Made by a program: the position numbers and the translations under genes. 64,000 bases of DNA from Myxococcales bacterium (GTDB lineage: Bacteria > Myxococcota_A > Polyangia > Fen-1088): the NCBI GenBank assembly GCA_031431215.1, contig JANPCZ010000020.1, positions 13,852 to 77,851 on the forward strand, written 5' to 3'. Positions within the stretch are counted from its first letter, which is position 1. Each line of letters begins with the position of its first letter. A model generated the notes under the pieces. The model had not been told where the DNA came from. It ran no database searches and saw only the letters and a list, made by a program, of their open reading frames with translations. Of the stretch, positions 56,224-64,000 are shown in pieces.

Positions 56224-57354
56224 ATGGACGAATTCTTGGCCTCGTTCACCTACGGCCACGCGGGCTTCACCGCCGTGTCGGCCTTGATAAAGATCGTCTT
56301 CCTGATGCTGGCGCTCGGGCCCGGTATCGCGTCCATCCTGACCTGGCTCGAGCGGCGGCAGTCCGCGATGATGCAGGACCGGCTGGGTCCGAACCGCGCC
56401 AACATCGGCCCCTTCAAGGGCTGGGGCATCTTCCACTTTCTCGCTGACGCGCTGAAGTTCATGTTCAAGGAGGACTTCGTGCCGCCGCGGGCGCACAAGT
56501 TCCTGTTTGCGCTGGCCCCGGTGCTGGCGCTGGCGCCGGCGCTGATTGTCGCGGCCATCATCCCGTTCGGAGCGCCGCTGTGCTGGGGCCAGGTGTTCGA
56601 GAAGGTTCCCCTGGGCGCCTGCCAGCAGCCGGTGGATCTGCAGATCGCCCACATGGACGTCGGCGTGCTGTTCTACTTCGCCATCTCGTCACTATCGGTG
56701 TACGGCGCGACGCTGGCGGGCTGGGCCTCGTACAACAAGTGGGCGCTCATGGGCGGCATGCGCGCAAGCTCCCAGATGATGTCGTACGAGGTGACCATGG
56801 GCATGGCGGTGCTGGCCATGTTCCTGCTGTTCGGTACGCTTGAGCCGGGCGCGATGGTGGCACAGCAGGGGCCGTGGCCGTGGCAGTGGGGCATCTGGGG
56901 CATTCCGCACTTCGTCTCGTTCGTGCTGTTCTTGACGGCGGCGATTGCAGAAACCAAGCGGACACCGTTCGACATTCCCGAAGGCGAGCCCGAGATCATC
57001 GGCTATTTCGTCGAGTACTCCGGCCTGCGCTTCGGCATGTTCTTCCTGGGCGAGTTCATCGAGATCGTGTTCTCGAGCGGTTTGATGGTGAGCATCTTCC
57101 TGGGTGGCTGGCATGTCCCGGGCGAAGTCTGGCTGGCTCTGCACCTGCCCAACATCGCTATTGTCGGCATGACTTTCGGGTTCTGGCTGGTCAAGGTCTT
57201 CATGTTCTGTTCCTTCCAGCTGCTCATCCGGTGGTCGCTGCCGCGCTTCCGCTCTGATCAACTCATGCAACTCGGCTGGCAGCGCTTGTTACCCGTGAGC
57301 ATCGCCAACGTGCTCTTCACGGCCGGCTGGATCCTGTACTCGTCGTCGAAGTAG
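56224..57354 (+). CDS. nuoH: NADH-quinone oxidoreductase subunit H
   Basis: ERR..QDRLGPNR..DALKF..KE..SYE..ETKRTPFD.PEGE..LPRFRSDQL. Confidence 0.96.
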   Translation: MDEFLASFTYGHAGFTAVSALIKIVFLMLALGPGIASILTWLERRQSAMMQDRLGPNRANIGPFKGWGIFHFLADALKFMFKEDFVPPRAHKFLFALAPVLALAPALIVAAIIPFGAPLCWGQVFEKVPLGACQQPVDLQIAHMDVGVLFYFAISSLSVYGATLAGWASYNKWALMGGMRASSQMMSYEVTMGMAVLAMFLLFGTLEPGAMVAQQGPWPWQWGIWGIPHFVSFVLFLTAAIAETKRTPFDIPEGEPEIIGYFVEYSGLRFGMFFLGEFIEIVFSSGLMVSIFLGGWHVPGEVWLALHLPNIAIVGMTFGFWLVKVFMFCSFQLLIRWSLPRFRSDQLMQLGWQRLLPVSIANVLFTAGWILYSSSK

Positions 57355-57363
57355 GAGGTTGCC

Positions 57364-58002
57364 ATGGCCATCGGAGTGAAGATCGTCGCCCGCCCCGGAA
57401 GCTTCCAGCAGCAGATGTATCTGCCCGCGATCGCCGAGGGACTGGGCGTCACGTTCAAGCATTTCATCAAGAACTGGTTCGGCAACATGACCGGGAACCG
57501 GGACAAGACCGACATCGTCACGCTTGCCTACCCGGAAGAAAAGCGCGCTTATCCCGAGCGCCATCGTGGTCTGCACCGCCTGATGTTGCGTGACGACGGT
57601 CAGGTCCGTTGCGTCGCCTGCATGATGTGTCCGACGGTGTGCCCCGCCCACTGCATCACCATCGTGCCGGAAGAGACCGTTGATGGTCGCATCGAGAAGC
57701 GCCCCAAGCTGTTTGAGATCGACGAGCTTCGCTGCGTGGTGTGCGGCCTCTGCGCTGAGGCCTGCCCTTGCGATGCCATCCGCATGGACACGCTCGATCA
57801 CGCCAAGCCGGTGTACCGGCGTACCGACGCGATCCTCGACAAGGAAGAACTGATGTCGCGTGGGGAAAAGTCGATCGCGACCCAGGGCGGCGTGGGGGCT
57901 TTCTGGCGCGAGAAGGTCGCCGGCGAGCCTCAGACGCCCGCGGCCGGCGACGTGGTTCCTGCTGGCGCTCCCCACGGTACCGTCGCGACCAAGACTTTGT
58001 AG
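57364..58002 (+). CDS. nuoI: NADH-quinone oxidoreductase subunit I
   Basis: CVACMMCPTVCP and CVVCGLCAEACP. Confidence 0.95.
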   Translation: MAIGVKIVARPGSFQQQMYLPAIAEGLGVTFKHFIKNWFGNMTGNRDKTDIVTLAYPEEKRAYPERHRGLHRLMLRDDGQVRCVACMMCPTVCPAHCITIVPEETVDGRIEKRPKLFEIDELRCVVCGLCAEACPCDAIRMDTLDHAKPVYRRTDAILDKEELMSRGEKSIATQGGVGAFWREKVAGEPQTPAAGDVVPAGAPHGTVATKTL

Positions 58003-58332
58003 CAGGCGGGCGCATGCCCGCGCCCGGCAAAGCCCGGACATGCGCGGCAGGGGCAGCTTCGTGCTTGACCGGTGCATTTCGAAACGCCATGCTTGCGGGC
58101 GAACCTTCTGTACGGCTCGACATCCGGAAGAGATTTTTTTCCCTACAAGAACGAACCAGGGAGCTGCCTCTAGCCGCTGGAAAGTGCACGCCCGCACCGT
58201 CGGGAAGCCCGATGCGGTCAATGTGGTTCCCCCCTTACGAACAGTAGGGGTTGAAAACTCCTCCGAACGGCCGACGCGGAAGGTTTATTTTTTTTTCGCC
58301 CCCCCGGCCTGGAATCCGGCTGCCTGGCGACG

Positions 58333-59433
58333 TCAGTAGGAGAACCGTCGGATTGACACGTTCATCACCAGGCCCAGCGCCACCATGATGGTGAGCAGGC
58401 TGGAGCCACCGTAGCTGATAAGCGGCAGCGTCACGCCTACGACCGGCAACACGCCGGTGACCATCCCGATGTTGACGGTGACCTGCCAGAACAGCATGGC
58501 CGCGCAGCCAACGCACACCGTGATGCCGAATCTGTCGCGGGCCTCGCGTCCGATCTTGAGGATGCGCAAGATCAGCAGCGCGTACGCCGCTAGCACCACC
58601 ACGCAGCCGATGAAGCCCCACTCCTCGGCCCATACTGCTAACGGAAAGTCCGTCCACAGCGCCGGCAGCGATCGCAGCCGGATCTGTGTGCCCTGCAGGA
58701 ACCCCTTGCCGATGAAGCGGCCAGATCCGACTGCGTTCATGGCCTGGCGTGGCTGCCAGGCGGTCGCCGGGTCCAGCGCTGGGTTAATGAATGCAAGGAT
58801 GCGGTTGCGCTGGTAGTCGCGCAGGGCGTACTCCCAGATGGGCGCGATGGCTAGCGCGGCCAGCGCCGTGATGCCCGCCGTGGTTTTAAGCCGCAGCCGC
58901 GCGGTCAGCATCACCGTCATGAAGATGAGCGAGATGATGAGCGCAGTCCCGAGATCGGGTTGCGCCGCCACCAGCAGGACTGGCAGGCCCGCAATCAGTA
59001 TGGGAATAGATAGATGGCGCAGCGAGCGTCCCTCAAGCGCTGGCGTGTCGTGCAGGTACTTGGCCAGCGCCACGATGAGCAGCACTTTCATGATCTCGGA
59101 CGGCTGCACTTGGAAGACGCCCATGTCGAGCCAGCGTTTGGCGCCCTGGACCAAGCGCCCGGTTGCCAGCACCGATAGCAGGAGCAGCAGGCCCGCGCCG
59201 TAGAACACGTAGCCCAGGCGGGCGATGCGCCGGTAGTCGAAAGCCGCCGCACCCAGGAACAGCGCCAGCCCAATCGTGAACCAGGAGATCTGGCGCGCGA
59301 ACAGCTGGAACTGCCGCTCGCGCACCGCACTCCACAGGTTGACGAGCCCCAGCGCCTGCACGGCCAGCATGGCCAGCGTCAGCGACCAGTCGAAGCGAAA
59401 GCGCAGTTTGCGCCACGAGATGATCCGCGGCAT
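58333..59433 (-). CDS. rodA: Rod shape-determining protein RodA
   Basis: GAKRW..QPSE.MK..QPDLGT..GSG..GKG..TDF..EEWG..LPLISYGGSS. Confidence 0.95.
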   Translation of the reverse strand: MPRIISWRKLRFRFDWSLTLAMLAVQALGLVNLWSAVRERQFQLFARQISWFTIGLALFLGAAAFDYRRIARLGYVFYGAGLLLLLSVLATGRLVQGAKRWLDMGVFQVQPSEIMKVLLIVALAKYLHDTPALEGRSLRHLSIPILIAGLPVLLVAAQPDLGTALIISLIFMTVMLTARLRLKTTAGITALAALAIAPIWEYALRDYQRNRILAFINPALDPATAWQPRQAMNAVGSGRFIGKGFLQGTQIRLRSLPALWTDFPLAVWAEEWGFIGCVVVLAAYALLILRILKIGREARDRFGITVCVGCAAMLFWQVTVNIGMVTGVLPVVGVTLPLISYGGSSLLTIMVALGLVMNVSIRRFSY

Positions 59434-61337
59434 CAGCGGGCCTTCTCCAGTGCTGCGCGTGGCCGAGCGGGGCTGTCCGGGGCGACGGTGTCGAAGTAGT
59501 TCTCGACTATCTCGATCGCCACCGGCGCGGCCACATCGCCGCCATGGCCGCCGTGCTCGACCAGAACGGCGAACGCGATCCGCGGGTGATCGGCGGGTGC
59601 GAAGCCCGCGAACCAGGCGTGGTCGATCTGCTCATACGGCAGGGGCGGGTCCTCGTCCTTGCCGCGAGCGGTCTTGAGCACGAAGGCGGTGCCAGTTTTG
59701 CCGGCGACCTGCACGCGTTTCGAGCGCGCCTTGTAGGCCGTGCCCTTGGGATCGTTGACCACGCCCCACAGCGCACGGCGGATGATCTGAAGCGTGTCCT
59801 GGGACACCGCCACGTCCCGGCGCGCACGCGGCGGGAACTCCTCGATGACCTGGCCCGACGGAGACTCGATGCGATCCACGATCTGCGGCAACCACAGCTT
59901 GCCGCCGTTGGCGATGGCGGCGTACAGCAGGGCCATCTGCATGACCGTGGTCCGGGTGGCGCCCTCGCCGATGGCGGTGTTGAGCGCGTGGCCGATGGTG
60001 AAACCCTCGTTCTTGGGGTTTTCCGCCTGCTGCTGCCGGTGCCAGGCCTCGGTGGGGACGAAGCCGGCGCTCTCGGCGTTCAGGTTGAGTCCCGATGGTG
60101 CGCCCAGTCCCAACTCGGTGGCGAAGCGGGCCAGCCGGTTCATCATGCCGGGTCGCGCGCCGAGTTCGTAAAAATACACGTTGCAGCTCTGCGCGATGGC
60201 GGCCTGCAGGTTGACGACGCCGTGGGTCTTGCCGCAGCGGAAGCGCCGCCGGCCGACCTGGAGAAAGCCGGGGCACTTGGTGCGGTCCTCTGGCGTTATC
60301 AGCTTCTCCTCAAGCGCGGCGGTCGCCGAGATCACCTTGAAAGTCGATCCTGGGTTGTAGGTATCAGCCAGGGTGCGATCACGGAACGGACGCAGGCGGT
60401 CGCCCAGGAGGCGCGCCTCGCTTTCTGGCGACAGCTTGCCCGACATCTCGTTGGGGTTGAAGCCGGGTCGCGACACCAGAGCAAGCACGCGGCCGGTGTT
60501 CACGTCGATGACCACGGCCGCGCCGGCCTGCTTGCCGCGCAGGGCGCGCTCGGTGATGCGCTGGACATCGACATCGAGCGTGAGCACGACGTTGTTCCCG
60601 GGCACGGGTTCCTGCTTGGTCGGGCCCTCGACGATGTCGGCCAGACGCACGTCTGAGCGCCGCAGACCGCGCCGATCGACGATGCGCTTCTCGAAGCCCT
60701 TGGCGCCGCGCAGGTAGGAGTCCCACTGCCGCTCGATGCCGGTGCGACCGACGATGTCGCCTGCGCGGTAGCCCTCGTCCTTGCGTGTGCGCAGCTCCTC
60801 GGCCGAGACCTCGTTCATGTAGCCGAGCGCGTGCGCGAACAGGGCGCCTTGCAGGTAGTGGCGGCGCGCCACCGCCCGGATGGTGACGCCAGGGCTGTCC
60901 AGCACGGTCTCGATGGCGGCCATGGCGTCGCGCGGGATATCCTCTGTCAGGGTCACCAGGCGGTCGCGCGCATTCTTGCCCCGCGCCTGCAGTGTCTCCC
61001 AGTCGGGCAGCCCCTCGATGTCGGGGCCCAAGATGGCGAGCAGGCGGCGGTAGATCTCGGGGGTGATCTGTGCCGGGGCGACGATCACGTCGTATGACGG
61101 GCGCGTCGATACCAGCACGCGCGATTTGCGATCGCGGATCTCACCGCGCAGCGCAGGCAGCACCTCCGTGCGCACCATGCTGTCGGCGGTGATGCGATAG
61201 AAGTTGTCGCCCTCGACGACCTGGAGAAAAAACAGACGCGTCGATAGGGCGACGAAGACCAGCAGCACCACGACGCCGAACACGCGGCTGCGTGTGCGTA
61301 TCTCCGGTAGCTCCGCGTCTTGTCCCGCGATCTCCAT
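59433..61337 (-). CDS. mrdA: Penicillin-binding protein 2
   Basis: RGEIRDR; PGSTFK (SxxK); SCN (SxN); KTGT. Confidence 0.95.
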   Translation of the reverse strand: MEIAGQDAELPEIRTRSRVFGVVVLLVFVALSTRLFFLQVVEGDNFYRITADSMVRTEVLPALRGEIRDRKSRVLVSTRPSYDVIVAPAQITPEIYRRLLAILGPDIEGLPDWETLQARGKNARDRLVTLTEDIPRDAMAAIETVLDSPGVTIRAVARRHYLQGALFAHALGYMNEVSAEELRTRKDEGYRAGDIVGRTGIERQWDSYLRGAKGFEKRIVDRRGLRRSDVRLADIVEGPTKQEPVPGNNVVLTLDVDVQRITERALRGKQAGAAVVIDVNTGRVLALVSRPGFNPNEMSGKLSPESEARLLGDRLRPFRDRTLADTYNPGSTFKVISATAALEEKLITPEDRTKCPGFLQVGRRRFRCGKTHGVVNLQAAIAQSCNVYFYELGARPGMMNRLARFATELGLGAPSGLNLNAESAGFVPTEAWHRQQQAENPKNEGFTIGHALNTAIGEGATRTTVMQMALLYAAIANGGKLWLPQIVDRIESPSGQVIEEFPPRARRDVAVSQDTLQIIRRALWGVVNDPKGTAYKARSKRVQVAGKTGTAFVLKTARGKDEDPPLPYEQIDHAWFAGFAPADHPRIAFAVLVEHGGHGGDVAAPVAIEIVENYFDTVAPDSPARPRAALEKAR

Positions 61338-61349
61338 CCTGCGCCCTGT

Positions 61350-61901
61350 TCAACGCTGTCCGATGGTGCTGCCGAAAGGGCGCGGCCGCCGCCGCGACAG
61401 CCCGACGCGTAGGCGCGCCGGATCCAGCCGGCCGTCCAGGCGATCGAGGAGCCACAACACCGCCGGTCCGAACAGGCCGGTCAGGAGCGCCTCGACCGGA
61501 GCCAGGCGCAAACCGCCGTAACCACCATCGGGGTTGACCAGCGCGCGCACCACGACGATGAGCAGCGCCGAAAGCAGACTGGCCATGAACGACGTGGCCG
61601 CCTTGAGCACCAGGCCACGCACCACGAGACGGGTGGCGATGAGTCGCACCACGAGCGACATGACGATGAACACGAACGCGTGCAGCCCGCGTGGTGCGCC
61701 AGCTACCAGGTCGAACAGGTAGCCGGTGGCAAACGCCACCAGTGCGGCCGATGACGGCGACCATTTCGGCGACAGGCCGACGTGCAGCACCACCAGCAGG
61801 CCGAACGACGGCGCCGCGAGGGGCAGTGGCGCGAACTCGAGCACCATCGACTGCAGCAGCAGCAGCAGCAGGGCGACCAGGAGCGTGGCGGCCGAGCGCA
61901 T
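61350..61901 (-). CDS. mreD: Rod shape-determining protein MreD
   Basis: Hydrophobic ORF between mreC and mrdA; G..FD...G..GL.A. Confidence 0.85.
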   Translation of the reverse strand: MRSAATLLVALLLLLLQSMVLEFAPLPLAAPSFGLLVVLHVGLSPKWSPSSAALVAFATGYLFDLVAGAPRGLHAFVFIVMSLVVRLIATRLVVRGLVLKAATSFMASLLSALLIVVVRALVNPDGGYGGLRLAPVEALLTGLFGPAVLWLLDRLDGRLDPARLRVGLSRRRPRPFGSTIGQR

Positions 61902-62800
61902 CAGCGATACACCGACTGGCCGCGCGGAGGCGACAGCGTGCGGGCGCGCGCGCCTGCGTCGGGATCGGGCGCTGGTGGGGGCGCTACCACCACCAGCACT
62001 TCGGACAGACGCGCGAAGTCGACATCGGGCGAGACCTCGAGCTCCTGGTACAGCCCGGCCGAGTTCTTCACCACCTTGCTGACGTGCCCAACCGGCAGGT
62101 CGCGCGGAAACCCGCCGAGCCCGCTGGTCACCACCAGATCGCCCTCCTTGGCCTCGCCGTCCTTGGTCAGGTACTCGATCGAGCAGCGGTAGCCGTTCTC
62201 ACCCGGCTTGCCCCTGAGCATGCCCCTGCCACCGGTGCGCGGGACGATGACGTCGATCTTGGACGCCGGATCCACCGACAGCTGGATCTCCGACGTGTCA
62301 CCTGCCACCCGTTTGATACGGCCGACCACGCCCTCGGGCGTGATGACCGGCATGCCGGGTTTGACCAGGCCCTCGCCACGGTCGAGTTGCACGCGCGCGA
62401 CGCGGAAGTACGGCGAAGCGTCGATGGCGATCACCCGGGCCACCAGGGTCGCGGCGGCCACCGAGTCGCGCAGGCCGAGCAGCCGCTGCAGGCGCCCGGC
62501 CTCGTTGGCGGCGCGGCGGGACTCGAGCAAATCGGCGCGCAGGCGGGCGTTCTCGCTGCGCAGGGTTTCGTTCTCGCCGCGCACGTGCACCAGATCCATA
62601 TAGCGCCCGGCGGCGTTGCCGAGCCCGCGTGCGATTGACGACAGCGCCGCCTGCGCCGGCGAGATCAACGTCAGGATGCCGCGGTCGAGCGCCGACAGAT
62701 CACCTGGCGCCCGCGCGCTGCCGCGCAGCGCGATGATGGCCACGACGAGCGCCACCAGGATGACGGCAGCCTCGCGAAGCTTGTGCCTTATCCCGGTCAA
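61901..62800 (-). CDS. mreC: Rod shape-determining protein MreC
   Basis: TM plus coiled coil ENETLRSEN; GVVGRI; GDLVVTSGLGG.P; VDF. Confidence 0.93.
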   Translation of the reverse strand: MTGIRHKLREAAVILVALVVAIIALRGSARAPGDLSALDRGILTLISPAQAALSSIARGLGNAAGRYMDLVHVRGENETLRSENARLRADLLESRRAANEAGRLQRLLGLRDSVAAATLVARVIAIDASPYFRVARVQLDRGEGLVKPGMPVITPEGVVGRIKRVAGDTSEIQLSVDPASKIDVIVPRTGGRGMLRGKPGENGYRCSIEYLTKDGEAKEGDLVVTSGLGGFPRDLPVGHVSKVVKNSAGLYQELEVSPDVDFARLSEVLVVVAPPPAPDPDAGARARTLSPPRGQSVYR

Positions 62801-62836
62801 CTTCGTCTCTCCGGCCGCGGGCCTCGCGGAGGCGGC

Positions 62837-64000
<1,164 letters not shown>

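Overview
This is a high-GC chromosomal window, most consistent with a Myxococcota (Polyangia/Haliangium-like) genome. That call is an inference from a MYXO-CTERM-like sorting signal, many Cys-rich lipoproteins, an Oar-type TonB-dependent receptor and an FHA-GAF adenylate cyclase. From left to right the window holds: (1) signalling and envelope genes plus tRNA-Leu(CAG); (2) an accessory, decaying stretch after the tRNA (~6.1-14.2 kb) with a multiply frameshifted Cys-rich lipoprotein, a probable group II intron 3' remnant, a Phd-VapC toxin-antitoxin pair, and an AAA_14/DUF4143 ATPase between two diverged direct repeats, with a lone IS6110/IS629-like terminal repeat at one junction; (3) metabolic genes and a hybrid histidine kinase collapsed by deletion; (4) a ~18 kb flagellar basal-body/hook/motor cluster (two sensor-less sigma54 activators, TPR-like protein, flgBC-fliEFGHI-motE-like-fliK-flgDE-flbD-motAB, no fliJ) whose FliK is 1098 aa because of an internal ~378-aa duplication; (5) an RlmI/RlmK-like methyltransferase, an Oar-like receptor, Cys-rich surface lipoproteins, tRNA-His, OmpA-family and outer-membrane proteins; (6) a DsbA-like oxidoreductase divergent from a partial complex I operon (nuoABCD-G-H-I, no nuoEF or nuoJ-N), in which NuoA and NuoH carry Cys-pair inserts in predicted periplasmic loops; (7) the mreBCD-mrdA-rodA operon. 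No database searches were run. Family calls rest on recognised motifs and gene order.
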